Positions 37,263 to 56,460 of a stretch of DNA of 64,000 bases are shown piece after piece. The notes under the pieces were generated by a model. The model had not been told where the DNA came from. It ran no database searches and worked only from the letters and a program-made list of their open reading frames with translations. The position numbers and the translations under genes were made by a program. Origin of the DNA: Botryllus schlosseri (lineage: Eukaryota); NCBI GenBank assembly GCA_051294905.1, contig CM119372.1:37078001-37142000 (forward strand), in the 5' to 3' direction. The number at the start of each line of letters is the position of its first letter. Position 1 is the stretch's first letter.

Positions 37263-37778
37263 ACAGGCCAATTTTTTTCATTTTTATTCCGTAGCTACCG
37301 ACTTGTAGCACGGCCCTCTTCTACGCTTTTTATGAGACAACGATTACACGGTCTTATGTCGCATCTCTATCGTCCAAGATATCGGTGGTGCTGGAAGAAA
37401 ATAAATCTGAATCCTCTCTCTTTCTCTTTCTCGCTCTAAAGAATTGTTCAATTTCGTAATGTTGTGGCGTTTGGAACTGATGGATGATTGAAATAAATTC
37501 GTACCGGTTTGGTTCAGCTCATTGTATCCATAATTTCATCATTGCTCAACAGCACAAGATTGCAATAAGTTCAAAAAACAAATGAAATACCGATACTAGC
37601 GATATCTGTGAAACATGAATATATTTGAGAGTCCTCAATTTCAGTCTACGGTACGATTCGATGTTTATTGTTTACACTTGATTGAAAAATTCGACAGTTC
37701 AAGACTTCAAGTGAATCGAGTCCGCTGTTGTTTCAATTGTTGCTTGTTTCCGAGAAATACAGTTAAATAAACCTTCAG

Positions 37779-38624
37779 GCGTGGTTCACACCGGGAATTA
37801 TGTCCTTGCACCGTTACTACTCCGAATCGGTGGCAAGTCAACTATTAATTGAGACTATTCAAGAAAGCATTGTGTATCTGCTAGAAGAAGTTATTCTGGA
37901 AGATTTCGATAATGCTCCGAGCGAAGACGACGAAGAACGCCACGAACGATTGCTACAAAATTCCGATGACGTAGCGCGTGATTTAATGAAGCAGACAGCA
38001 GACGAGGAGATGTACAACATTGCAGTCGAAGTTTTCGACGCCACCTTGTTCACTCACCGAATGAAAGTCAAGGGAGTCGCTAAATTGAACAGGATACTAA
38101 CGCAGGTTTGCGATGATATGGTCGAAGACGTTGTTGCTGAGGTAGTAGGTGATAATATAATAATGTTACAAGCCTCCGATATTCTTGATGATAATCTGGA
38201 CGATATGTTATTGCACGAAATTACTGACATTTGCAATTCTGTTCTTGATCATTATCACATGCGGGCTGGCATTTCGCGATTTAAGCAAATCCGTGCATCT
38301 GCCGACACTATGTTACTAGACAAATTAGTACTAGATTCACTTCTAAGTCCCTCTAATGATATAGAGAGTCACGAAAAAGACGTGTTGCACACTGTAGCAA
38401 TGAAAGGCTTGAATGATATGATTTTAGATGTGGTTTCATCTCAGTCCTTGGCTCTCCATGCGTGTTCGCCTAAGGAATTGTCGACGCGGACAGAAAAGTT
38501 TTCAGAACAAGCTCCCATGGCTTGGTTCAAAGAGAGATTCGTTACTGATGCAGCTGTAGATGTAACACTGGGAATGCTTGTATCTAAGTTGGACGAGTGT
38601 TTAGACAAGCCTTCTGAAAAATAA
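37779..38624 (+). CDS. Probable terminal coding exon of an uncharacterised acidic alpha-helical protein
   Basis: 274-aa stop-free ORF with protein-like D/E/L/V-rich composition. An in-frame acceptor (CTTCAG) at 37773-37778 extends it by AWFTPGI. Upstream exons were not identified. Confidence 0.75.
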   Translation, partial: AWFTPGIMSLHRYYSESVASQLLIETIQESIVYLLEEVILEDFDNAPSEDDEERHERLLQNSDDVARDLMKQTADEEMYNIAVEVFDATLFTHRMKVKGVAKLNRILTQVCDDMVEDVVAEVVGDNIIMLQASDILDDNLDDMLLHEITDICNSVLDHYHMRAGISRFKQIRASADTMLLDKLVLDSLLSPSNDIESHEKDVLHTVAMKGLNDMILDVVSSQSLALHACSPKELSTRTEKFSEQAPMAWFKERFVTDAAVDVTLGMLVSKLDECLDKPSEK

Positions 38625-38975
38625 TTGACGGCCGGAGCTGGGCTGTGATTGTATTAGGCTTCAAGTTGAGTATTCGAGTATCTATAATCGTGATGTCACA
38701 ATACTATGATGTATGAATGGTGGAGAAAGTTCAAATATGGGCTACCGGTGTTGCCTTTTAGGCTGCCGCAAAGACTGTAATACCAGTTTTTTCATCACAT
38801 TGTCGATTATTTGGTATTTTGTAGATCATACAAAAATCATTGCACCTGGTGGTAATGCTGTGGGGTTGATTACTACATCACAGATATATCCTTTCAGCAC
38901 GAATGTGCATAGCCCTCAAGCTCTGAACTACATGTTGCATATGCTGCGATAGGACCAATTAAGGTTTACCGCCTT

Positions 38976-39261
38976 CAGGGTTGTAATGACTCAAGTCGTG
39001 ACTCGATTTTTTGGAGATTCGACGGGACTCGAGTCAATTTTTCAAATGCGTAAAATGACGCGACTCGAGTCAATTTTTGTATTGACTCGACTTGTACTCG
39101 AGTCATTATGCATGACTCGAACCACGTCACATGACTCGCACTCGACGCTCTACTAGGTGACCTTGACTCGGAGGTGAATTGAAAATGACTCGACTCGAGT
39201 CAAAACTATAATAGCGAGATTTACTTGTAACTCGGAACCTTGTGACTTGGTAACAACCCTG
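38976..39261. mobile_element. GACTCGAGTC-rich MITE (family D)
   Basis: TIRs CAGGGTTGT / ACAACCCTG. Related pieces at about 44320-44540, 50255-50810 and 58130-58872. Confidence 0.75.
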
Positions 39262-40823
39262 ACGGCTTTCCACGGTGGAAGATAGGCCTAGAATCAAAAT
39301 TGTTTTTCTTGATAAATTTAACTTGTAGTGGGAACCTTATCACTTCAATGCTCGAAAAAATCATCTCTCTCTAATCGTCACTTACTTGGTACAGGGTATT
39401 TCTGATGTTCGTCAGGATCACCGATCGGCTAAGCTTGTTATATATCCAATCTGTGTTTCTAAGTGCATCAATCCAGATTTTTTGTGGAAGACTTTGGAAA
39501 GTTAGATGTGACACGATAAGTTAAGCTTTCTGAGTATACTTGACAGTAATCAGCCGGTAGGCAATGGAATTGGTGTCCATAATTAGCGCAATCATTCTGT
39601 AGCACTGGTCATCAGAGTTCATGGTGATATACAGTAGCAGTAGAACGATTGACTCTCAAAGAGTAATAGAAATCAAGCCTTACTTTACATGACTTTTCTA
39701 TCAACGCTTGCTTATATGAAACAAAAACTAATCAGTACTGTTACTGTCAAAGCGTTGCCCTGTTTGAGCTTGACTGTAAGGTGTTATTTCAAAAATTGTG
39801 TGTCTGTTCGGCCGCAATTCTGTACTGGGAATCAAACATGATCACATAGTTTTGTTCATTAACGGTAGCCTAGTGTTGTCATAAGGGTCAATGTAATTTT
39901 ATATTGTAAGTCACCAGAAGCTCTCTGGGTATGCAAGTTCCACTACATATGTGTTTTCTCAACTTATTGTGTCACACAGTATATATTGGCATAAAGATAT
40001 TTTTTCATGACACAAATCAATCTCGTGATAGGCTGCATTAGTGAAAATTTACCAGCGGCAGGCTATGTGTGTTTGACAACTGTAGTAATATAATCATTGT
40101 TCTTGCTGCTTGGCACTGAGCAGTGATCAAAACTTATTTTTTCAATGACAAACAATAATTCCATCCAGGCTGAAATATAGTATTTATTATGGGGTAATGT
40201 TCCGTCTAAATATATACCAAATCATCTGAGTTTTGATTGATGCTTACAACAGGAATGGTATTGTATCGTGCAAAAAGTCCGACCGAACTTAAACCTTTGT
40301 ATGTTATATTATATAGACTCTTCGTAGTTTAGTAGCTAGATAGCCTGAGACTCTGTTCTTCTACTATATTCTGAATGTATTGGCTTCACAATGTTTTTCT
40401 ATTTATTATTGGCTTGTACTGATATATTTTTATTGAATTTCTATCCTCAAGAATTCTGTTGTAAAATTGTACAATCCTAATGCATGTACCAATTTAGTGT
40501 ATGACTGTGTCCATCTTCTAGCTGTCATATTTCCATTTTTATCTGTTGTATTACAATTCACTGTGTTTTTATCTGTGCACAGCCACTCTAGATACTGACC
40601 TGACCAGTGCCTCATTTCTATAGTAATTTTTTCTAAATTATAATAATTTTTCAGATGCAGCTCAAGTAGGCTAATCTACTGGATTTTGCCAAGAGCATCT
40701 ATGCACACTGCACAGGTAGTGTACATGTTGGACAATTCCTTGTTCGAGCCGCAATGATTCACCTCCAAGTTTCAACTTGAAAACCACTCTCTGTTTATCT
40801 GGTAGTATGGTACGAGAGCTGAC

Positions 40824-46236
<5,413 letters not shown>

Positions 46237-46876
46237 GCAATGCAGGCAGACTTCTGGGCTGTTAATTCCGCACGATCTACTTGTTTCTAGATTCTGTTAA
46301 CTCATTTACTTCCGTATTCATGAGTAAGATTGCGAACAATGATTCGAGGACTTGAATTCGAATCTAGTATCGATTCTAATGATTCAAGACTAGTAGTGAG
46401 GGATGATTTTTTGAGTAAGCTGCCTAAATTATACGTTTCTCTACTTGCCAAAGGAAAGTTAAAATATTGATGGTATTTTCGACTGTTGTAAGTTTGAATC
46501 CTCGATCGGTATTATCTCAGCATAGAAATCATCCAGTAGCTCACAAAGCTTCACACGTTGATGGAGATTGTGCGTCTGTGAAGTCGTGGTTAACTCATAG
46601 CATTGTCACGGAGTGAAATGAAATGGACGTGCTCGAGGAAATACCAAATTATTTTGAATGCGTTGTAAAACTGGCATTCTATTCTTTGTGGACAGATATT
46701 TGAACTTCCCACGTCTTCTACGCCAGGGGTTCTCAACACGCGACCTGCAGACGCTTATTTTGCGGCCCACAACATCTTGGATTATGTAAGCAATTACTAC
46801 TGATATGGTATTGTTACATATTAATTTAGGTACTTAGCTCTCCCATCGCACTGTGTCTGTTTTAATTCTTGATGAC

Positions 46877-47578
46877 CAGGGCGATTTTTTGACATGTCAA
46901 AATTTTGTCAGTATTGTGGCGTTCGTGAAAAAGTTGTCAAAATTGTCTACAAAGTCAAATTTCTTTGTAACCTGCATTTCGTTTATATCTTACATGTTTG
47001 CACCGTAGGTGAACTTTATCATTTGACATCTTGTAGCCTACTTTATAGGCCTATACCCATGTAGACCGTCCATCGTCTGATCATTGTGAATCATAAACTG
47101 TCAAATGACATGGTGTTATGCTCAACGTACCACAATATCCTAACTGAAGCAAGACTGCGCGGGCATTGCATGGTTCTTATATCAGGACGCGCATGTTAAA
47201 AAAGTGTGATGTAGGCAACATTGTCAGACTGACGCAACTCTGCAAAACGGTATCACCAGCAGTGTACGCATAACTTCAAGTGTTGCCAGCCAACTACTGC
47301 TACTGCTGAACGCTCTTTCTCCATTATTGGCAAGCTACTTAGTAAGGACAGACACTTTCTACCCGAGAATGTAGGGAAGTATCTTTCGTTGGACTACAAC
47401 AAAATTTAATTTCTACCATAATGCGTGATGTAACTACTGGAATTCTTCATAGGTCCGGAGATCGTTGAAATAATGCTTTTACATGAAAATATTAGTTTCT
47501 GAGACAGACAGTTCCAACAAGAAATTGAGATAAAAAGTTGGCTACAATTCGTTTTTAGGTAACAAAAAAATCTCCCTA
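46877..47578 (+). mobile_element. Non-autonomous hAT element family E, second copy
   Basis: Reverse-orientation homologue of 20033-20883, including the AERSFS...LLSKDRHFLPENVGKYL remnant. TSD not preserved. Confidence 0.8.
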
Positions 47579-47653
47579 ATCATTATTAATAGATGTTATT
47601 AAATCGTGGTGGCCATTGTTTCTGCGCGGCAGTCTAAATCCTGCGCTACCGAT

Positions 47654-47847
47654 CACTGTTCCCTCTAAGCTGCGCGGCCGCGCACTGCTGACAAAGTCGC
47701 TGCGCACAAAAAAATCTGTGCCGCGCCCAAAAAAGCCGACCGAAGTAACGTCTTTTTTGTAGTCGTTGCGCACTGTTGTCCAAGAGGCCGCGCGGTGATC
47801 AAGTTGGCGAGTGCGCGCAGACTCGTAAAAAATTAGAGGGAACATTG
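47654..47847. mobile_element. Small hAT MITE
   Basis: TIRs CACTGTTCCCTCTAA / TTAGAGGGAACATTG. TSD CTACCGAT/CTGCCGAT. Confidence 0.85.
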
Positions 47848-48042
47848 CTGCCGATTATAGGCGAAGAAGCCTGTCCCTGGGTATTCTGCGAATGCTAAAC
47901 GTTGTAGGCTTCATTCATGCAAGTTTTTCGTGAGTTTCATAACTTATTCAAATCGGATTCAAATAAACAGCGGACCCGTATAGCACATAGAAACATACAA
48001 CTTGCAAAAAGATAGCAGACACGTAGTACAGCAACATAGGGC

Positions 48043-48443
48043 TAGGGTTACCATATTTTTGAATCGGGAAAGGAGGACACTTTTACCAATTCAGAAAAGT
48101 TACTCGATCAAAACTGAAAAACATCCGATTTCGATATTTTGGTAAAATTTTTGTCATCACTCAAGTTGGACTTCCGATCTACACTTTTACTTGAATTTAG
48201 TGGTGTTGACTGAAACAAAAAAGATCGTGACTTTAGTTCGAACCCCGAATTTCCCGCTCGAACGTCAGTCTTCGCTGTTTAGTGGCATTTATGCCCATTT
48301 TCACTGGAATCTGTCCATTATCCTAGCTGTAAAAGAGGACGAATTGCCAAAAAGGAGGATCTTTAGCCGTCCTCGGAGGACATTCTCAAAAACCTGAAAA
48401 AGAAGGACAAATCCTCCTACAGGAGGACGTATGGTAAACCTTA
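48043..48443. mobile_element. hAT-type MITE family F
   Basis: TAGGGTTACCAT / ATGGTAAACCTTA ends with GGAGGAC subterminal motifs, as in 7862-8262. Confidence 0.7.
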
Positions 48444-49143
48444 AGCAACACAATCATACAACTTGAAGAAGATAGCACGCAGGACAGCAACATCCGACCG
48501 AATGAACGTAATAACAACGTGCAGGACGAAATTAAGGAACGTAAGTATATGTGTTACAGTTGATTTTGCGCCAACGTAAATAATCAACAATTAGTGCGGT
48601 TCGCAGATGCAAGCTTCATAGGCTTAACGGTGAGAACAGCCTATCTGAAAAGGCTTGATTACAAATGAATACTATAAAGTCAGAATTAACAAATTAAATG
48701 CGTAGGCGCAAAGAACCATATAATGTAGGTTGATATATTTTCATCGCTATAACGACAGTGTTTCAGCATAGTGTTCTATGGTGTGGACACATGCAGATGT
48801 CACCGCTCCGTGAAAAAACTTATGTAACCGCAGAGTTTTGAGGCCTGTACTGGGTACGCGACCACGTTGCACTGGATGCAGTCTACGCTTCGGTTGTATA
48901 CTGTCCGATTTCGCGCTGCCTGTCACGGAAATCCGGCTTGCGAATAATTGTGAGCACGGGAACGTGGCGCTCATGGGCACAAAAACAACTTATTTTAGAG
49001 GAAGAGAATGTGTATTTGCACGTCTAATCGTGAGAAGATAAGGTGCTTGGCATATTGGATAGGAAACCGTAACATTTAGAAATCCTTCGCGTTGTATAAT
49101 TTGGCTACAGTAGAGGCTATCATATAGGGTTACATCAGGGCTA

Positions 49144-49188
49144 TCTAGAAACTAGTTCTAGAAACTAGTTCTAGAAACTAGTTCTAGA
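49144..49188. repeat. 13-bp tandem repeat (TCTAGAAACTAGT) about 3.5 copies
   Basis: Read directly from the sequence. Confidence 0.9.
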
Positions 49189-50809
49189 TATCTCTGGGTT
49201 ACATGAATGTATATAGCGACAGTCTGTCTGGCAATACGTGTCCCGATTCCCACATTAATAAATATTTCTAGACATCGCCCCATGCCGATTTTCAATGTTG
49301 TCATTACCGACTGCGTCATTGCCGGATTTTCTGAATTTGAACTGTATATGTCCTGCTTTCTCTTGACAATTGATCGCGGGGGAGATAGCGTAGTTGTAAC
49401 GATCATAAGCGGCCACCAACCTGACGGATCCGCTTCGATTCCCACCGGAGGTTACCTTGGCTCCTCTTCCCCCGCCGATGCCGTTCTTACGGCGACAAAA
49501 AAGCCCAGAAAAAGACCCGCCGAAAGAAAGCACTCACAAGGAATGGAAAGAACTACGGTAGAGAGGGCCACGGCTTCAAAAAAAGGATCAGCACAGCATC
49601 GAAAAGAACTGTGACATGGGCACTCTACTCTACTCGGCAGGTGGATGTTAGAGTAATGTAATGTAGTGTAGAGTAATGAAGTGTGTCGTTCGACATCCTC
49701 CTATCTGTTCATGACATCGCATTGTGTACATTGTGTGTGACTTGTTCTGATGAAAAATATAACCCAGCGATTATTAGCCTATTGTTATTATGATTATGTG
49801 ATGATATATCACCAAAGAGGCTACATTGTGGCGGACTGCTAGTCCTTTTAAGTCTCAAGCAATCCATGTATCTGCAGTATGCATGAAGGAACTGTAATAT
49901 TTTAGTAGGACAACTATTCGAACTTCATTATATCGTCTAGTATTGCGCAAGATTGATAACCATTGTTACGCCAAGCATAAGTCCTAGCTAGAGTTCTACA
50001 TTTTTCGTGTCGCTAGAACTTACAAACCAGTTTCTTATTTGCTCAAGCTTTGCAATTGCATTCATTGTTACGCATTTTCGGGTATAAAAACCCACGATTT
50101 CTCTCACGTCGCCCCTTGAGACTTGAGATTCATGAACGTACGCTTTTCCGAAGTATATCTGTATCGAGTAAATCTGCCCGGTTAAGAACTCGCAACGACA
50201 GGATAGCAAGTCGCCATCAGTTACACATTAATATTGCTTCAGGCACGACGAGTCCACTGTTACTTGTAACCAAGTCACAAGGTTCCGAGTCACAAGTCAA
50301 TCTCACTTTTATAGTTTTGACTCGAGTCAAGTCGAGTCAATTTCAATTCAGTACCGAGTCAAGTCCGAGTCCAAGTCACGGAGTAGAGTGTCGAGTCCGA
50401 GTTATTGTGTAGACTGCTCTGTTTCCAGTTAAAGTCTTGTTAAACCCACTTTTTATTACTCTGTTTGGTGATATCGAATGGTTCGCATTTATAATATGCT
50501 AATTTTCCTCACTTATAACAGTTTCTGGTGGCATTTTCAAGTATTAGTACTGATAGACAAAATAATTGTAGTGTATAGGTTAACCTTACTATTCTTCGAA
50601 ATTACAATGAAATGCCTGTCTTGGTAGACCCAGTCTCGAGTCATATGACTTGGTCCGAGACTCGGACTCCGAGTCATGCGCAATGACTCGAGTACAAGTC
50701 GAGTCAATACACAAATTGACTCGAGTCGAGTCGAGTCATTTTTCATTTTTAAGAGTCGAGTCACCAAAAAATCGTGACTCAAGTCGAGTCATAACTCGAG
50801 TCATTACCA

Positions 50810-51265
50810 CCCGGACTAAAGGCATGAAATACATGTTCCACTTTTAGAAGTAGTATTTACATTTTACTTCTAATTCCCAGTATCATATACTATGAGTTAT
50901 AAATAATATCAGTTCTTTTGTCTGGATAACATACATGTTGAAGTATAAAAGCAAGTGTAGTAATGCCTTTAATCTCCGGAAAATATATCGAAAATTGGAT
51001 ACCTGTTGGTATGCATCAATATGAATCAAGCTCGTCACCTTTCGCATAGCTCAATTTGCACCTTTTTACAATCCCTGTGAACGAATTTTAGGATCGTTTT
51101 CACAACTACTTACTTACTTGAGTACTTTTAATGTCAGTCAATTCTACTTCTGCTTCAAGTAGTTTCAGGTTGCTTATGGAAGAAGTACTTCTACTCGTAC
51201 TTGAGTAGATTTTGTCGTCGCTACTTCTACTTGAGTAACTTTCTTGACTACTTTGACCACCTCTG
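50810..51265 (-). mobile_element. hAT MITE family A, partial reverse copy
   Basis: Ends GACTACTTTGACCACCTCTG. Interior matches 32880-33559. Confidence 0.75.
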
Positions 51266-51295
51266 GTTACTACCTGCAATCCAGTAGACAGATAA

Positions 51296-53637
51296 CACTG
51301 AGCAACAATTTTGCACGAAAAATTTGTTGACTTTGATTTTTCACTAAATTTAGGCTAATTGTAGCGTGCTGATTCCAAAACTGTCGCTGGTTTTCTTCTA
51401 CACGTCAAGGTTTTGCTCTACGACATATGCCCAAAATATGCAAATTTTCACGAATCTAGCAATAGATATAATACTTTCCCATACCACATAGAAAACCACA
51501 CTTTTATTTCATAAGTTATATTGCCAAGGTGTCAATTGAATAATAAGGAAAAAAGGTACTTGTATCGATCTACTCCGGTTCTTTCACCCATTTTTGGTTA
51601 GAGAAGACAATCATCCGAGGATATTTCAGACACATATTTAATGCAAACTGCAGGATATGGCAAGTAAAATAAACATTACATACTGTCAACAATGGGTCCA
51701 ATGCCCTGTTCAGCCAATCCAGTGTAACTTGTAACTCCTATACGCTCCATAATTTGGGTCAAGGTGAAGATCTTCGGGATACCAGATGAAGATTTGGATA
51801 TCGAAGATGATTCAGAACGTACAGTAGTCCATTAACTCAGGGTAAATGATCTTATATATAGGCTTTGGGACTTGGAAAAGAAATATTTGGAACTTTAATC
51901 ATCCTTGCGTATTGAAAAAAAAAATTACTTGGCAAGAGAGAGAAAATATCTCACTTTCGATCACGAGTAACGGGGTTTTCATCGTAGGGCTACTTTCGGT
52001 AGCTTTGTGTATTGCAGTGATACTGGCATTGGCACAAAACTTTTACCATGGGTTACTGGAGGAGTTAGGAATCCCGATATACAACTCAACTGAATGGCAA
52101 ATGTCTATTGGTAGATCAAAAAGGATCTGAAAGTGTGGCATTCTCCGATATGGCAACGTCTTATGTGCAGTAACAATTGCACATAGCACACATTGCACTC
52201 AGTTAGTCTTCGTGAATAATACAGAAATTTTGAGAATAATACAGAAACATTTTTGCAATATGACAAGCAGGACTGAATCATATCCTATGTGTCAGTTTTG
52301 AACAGAGATGGTCAAAGTAGTCAAGAAATCTACTCAAGTAGAAGTAGAAGTAGCGACGAAAAAATCTACTCAAGTACGCGTAGAAGTACTTCTTCCATAA
52401 GCAACCTGAAACTACTTGAAGTAGAAGTAGAATTGACTGACTGACTTTAAAAGTACTCAAGTAAGTAAGTAGTTGTGAAAACGATCCTAATACGTTCACA
52501 TGGCTTGTAAAAAGGTGCAAATTGAGCTATGCGATAGGTGACGAGCTTGATTCATATTGATGCATACCAGCAGGTATCCAATTTTCGATAGCATAAGTAT
52601 TCGTCCACATCATGGGATGAAAATGATAGTATTGCTATGGAGATGCGATGGTAATCCTCTGTTTTCTCGAACTGCACGTTTTAGAAAATAGCATGGTGAA
52701 CGGAACCACGCCAACCTTCTACCTAAATTATAATCTGCGCTATTTTCGTGAAATCATACTTGTATCTCTGTATCCAGCATTGCGCGCGAAGCGCGACGAA
52801 AATTCTGGGTTTCACCAAACTTTTATGAAAATTAAATGTTGATACTCAGTGAAAACAGCCCCGAAATTCCTCAGACTATCTTCCTGATTGGAATATTGAA
52901 CTACTTCTACTTGACAAACTGAAAATAGCGAAAAGTAAATAGTAGATCACAAAATATTACGAAGTAGAAGTAGAAGTAGCGAAAATTAGATCTACTTGAG
53001 TAAGTACCAGAAGTAGAGGAAAACTACTTGAGTACTTCGAAAAAGTAGAAGTACCTCGTTACTGACCACCTCTGGTTTTGAAATACTGTGTATTCTTAGT
53101 GGTCAGACAATAAGGATGCACAATTGCACATGTAACCTTGATACACATATGCCGCTGCACTACTACATGTTTATGTCGGACAGCTGACATTCAGAAAAGC
53201 TGAAATATCTAAGTAATTTCCCGGAAAACCTTGGCATAGTCAGCAATGGGCAAACAAAAAGAATCTGCCAATATCTGAAGATGATGGGGGAAAGACAAAA
53301 TTATGAGTTATTATCGTAAATTTGGGCCCTGAAACGCGCTTTTTAATTGTTCGGCAAAAGTAATATCCGTTTAAATCAATCAAATAAAGCAGTGCAAATG
53401 TTTATATACAGTCTGTTGATTTACTATCGACTGCTTGAGGTTTTTGAAACGGTTTATACAGTTTACACAAAATATTAAAAGAAGTGCTTTTATGTGGGTT
53501 ATCAGACAATGTGGAGGGTGCCTAAACCTAAAATTGGACGTGATGGAGAAAAACGTAAGTCATTTTTTAATTCAGCGCCCAAAAGTTGGTCAAAATCAAT
53601 TGTCTGATCAAAGTCAACAAAAATTGTGTTACCAGTG
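51296..53637 (+). mobile_element. Chapaev3-like DNA transposon, decayed second copy
   Basis: TAA|CACTG...CAGTG|TAA. Transposase remnant GLLEELGIPIYNSTEWQMSIGRSKR..GN..VTIAHS at about 52050-52190. Reverse homologue of 3754-5576. Confidence 0.78.
52303..53074 (+). mobile_element. hAT MITE family A, both ends present, inside the Chapaev3-like element
   Basis: TIRs CAGAGATGGTC / GACCACCTCTG. Perfect TSD GTTTTGAA. Confidence 0.92.
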
Positions 53638-54137
53638 TAATGATTAATCCATTTTTTTATTAAATCAGTGATGCCATATAAGGTTCGTAGATATATTTTT
53701 TATCACTATAATGATGGGTACAAGTATCACAAAATACAATGGCATGATTTGTAGAAGGTGAATTAACAGTTGCGCAGCATCATGGCCTATACTGATGAAC
53801 CCCTTCTCAGGAATAAAACTGAAGTTCACCGTGTATTAGAATCGGTTGAAGCTTCATCGTCTCTTCGAGAATTTCCACTTAACGCGACTCTGATAACTTC
53901 CTTGCGGATCTGGAGGATAGACGAAGTGATTTTATCGTTAAATAAATTCCAAAAATGCCACTGCAATTACGGCTCAGTGTGCAACAGACGCGGACAAAGT
54001 ACACGGCGAGGCCACTCGTGGAGAAGTCGTGCCTTAAATTGCCACTACAACAACAATAATACAAGAAATAGCGCTTTCGTAGCGAACGTACTTCAAATAG
54101 AAGTAAAACTTTACGTATAGTATAGATATCTAGTAAT

Positions 54138-55150
54138 CAGTGTTGGGATCAAGTCACTACCTTCGAGTCACGAGTCATCTCGAGTCATTGCAGATTTTGA
54201 CTCGAGTCAAGTCAAGTCAATCGATTTTCGAAGGTGACTCGAGTCAAGTCAAGTCACTCAATTTTTGGAGGTGACTCGAGTCAAGTCGAGTCAAGTCGAG
54301 TCAAGTCGAGTCAAGTCGAGTCAAGTCGAGTCAAGTCAAGTCACGAGTCAAGTCACAATTCAAGTCAAATTGAATTTTCGAAGTATGAGTGATGATTCAA
54401 AGTCATAACAATCTGCCAGCTGTGTGACAGACAGATTAATTAGCCTTTATCTTGGGTCAAATAACGAATATAAAGTTAAATATACATGCAAAAAGGCGTT
54501 GTATCGCACATGCGCACGTAAAACCGCTAATAAAATACGTGAGTAACTGCATAGTTACATGCTACGGTATGTTATTATCAGCCAAAATAGAGTACCGAAT
54601 ACGAAGCCTCGAAAAGTTTAAACAATTTGATATGGTACACTACCCATCTACACAACCGTGAGAATATATACGCATAAACTATATTCATTCGATTTAAATC
54701 ATACAAGAAGGTTGGTAAAGGTGAAAACTGCGCAATGTAAGCACTGCGCCATCTACGAAACATAACTATTAGATTAATCTACTACTACGACGGCAACGTA
54801 GCGGTGATCATTTCATTTGCGGCCAATTTATTCGTGATGTAGCAATGGAAGACCAGCGGAAGTGGAACGTACAATAACAGAAAGACTGCTCACATGTGTC
54901 ACTGGCGTATCGCAAATTATCCGAACATACACATGATACAGTGACTTAGTCGACACCATTTACTTATTGATGACTTGAAATTGACTCGTAAATTTTGCTC
55001 CGAGTCACGAGTCAATCCTCATTTCTGAAGCGCCGAGTCAAGTCAAGTCAAGTCATTTTTACAAAGTGACTCGAGTCAAGTCAAGTCATACGAAAAAGTT
55101 GACTCGAGTCTGACTCGAGTCAAGTCATGACTCGAGTCATCCCAACACTG
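54138..55150. mobile_element. hAT MITE with (CGAGTCAAGT)n subterminal arrays
   Basis: TIRs CAGTGTTGGGAT / ATCCCAACACTG. Perfect TSD CTAGTAAT. 10-bp tandem array at about 54277-54340. Confidence 0.92.
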
Positions 55151-55504
55151 CTAGTAATATGTATGATACAGCTATTGTGCAAAAAAGTTGATTTTGCCAA
55201 AGAGTTGCATATTTTTGATATACACAATCGAAGGAAGGTGAATATTGAAATTAAATGATACATCTTGAATGAACACGAAGTCGGTATATTGTCACTACAA
55301 ATATGACTATTTCATCCGTATCTTTACGACAATCTCACTCCTATACGCGCAATGCAAACCTAACCAAACACCGTACGTTCTATTTTCCAAAATGCAAAGT
55401 GTGAAAAGTCAGTCTGCTATTACATCCGTTAAGCGAAAGTACGTCGATAGTAGTCGACTTCAGTAATTAAAAGTAGACACGGCTATTCGAAAAAAGTCCA
55501 AGTA

Positions 55505-56460
55505 GGGGAGATGTGGTACCGATGGATCAAAAATTGCAAAATGATCTCTGGCCCTCAAATCTTCAGCCGAGAATAGTGGATCTTTTGCTGTCTCAACACT
55601 CCGATACAAGCTCAACCTATCGCGGACATTTACATGAATATCCGCCTTTTCAAAAAATATTTATAAACGTTTAAAATTTGTTGCTCGAACGTGTCATCGG
55701 TCCCCACCCGGTGGGTCCAATGGCACACGACCATGGGACCTATGAGACATACGCTCAATAACTCAAATTTGTTACCTTGTTTTGTTGTTTACTATAAGCT
55801 AAGCTACAGCAAGCCAATGAAAAATGTTTCGTCGCGACCGTCAAGAATAAAATAGATTATATCAACTCAAATGTTGGCCGAAAATCATGTTTTGATTTAC
55901 GCCTAAACTTAAAAAATTAATACCACATACATATTACCCGCAAATAGGCATTTTGACTTTCAAATACCTCGTAATAGCGATAAATATAGCGATAGTGATA
56001 TGATTTACAGCCTATATATATGTAGGCGAGCTTCTGTTGTTAAGTGATTAGTTGGTCCATCTATTTTGCTTGATTTGGCTATCGTATCATAGGTCCCCCA
56101 CCCCTAAATATTGTAATTGACTTGAAAATAGTCCACTCGAGGATGGTATTGATTCAACAAATATGTGGCATTATATACCCTGATACAAGCCCTATCCTTC
56201 ACATCAAAAATTATGGCGGGTTTGTTAGTCTGAAAGGTTATATAGAAAAATGCAAAGGTCGATCGAAATTTACTTTACACCCCCTAAAACGTAAATCATT
56301 CGTCACAGACCCCATAACTCACGCAGGTCGAATTTTTTCCCATGTGAGGAAAGATTCTGTCAGCATGTCAGACAAATTCACGGAGTGTTATCATGGGATT
56401 ATCATGGAGAATTTTTCAAGTATTTTCGGTCCCAGTGATCCATCGGTACCACATCTCCCC
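55505..56460. mobile_element. MITE with perfect 25-bp TIRs (possibly Tc1/mariner/pogo-type)
   Basis: GGGGAGATGTGGTACCGATGGATCA and its exact reverse complement at the ends. TA is present on the left flank only. Confidence 0.85.

Noticed and set aside
49158..49614. GC-richer segment with overlapping ORFs, considered as an alternative opsin C-terminal exon
   Set aside because: No acceptor gives a clean in-frame continuation from MNSQ. The 53826-53909 candidate fits better.
54230..54360. Regular GACTCGAGTCAAGTC repeats resembling a CRISPR array
   Set aside because: There are no unique spacers or cas genes, the context is eukaryotic, and the repeats are subterminal arrays of a TIR/TSD-bounded MITE.
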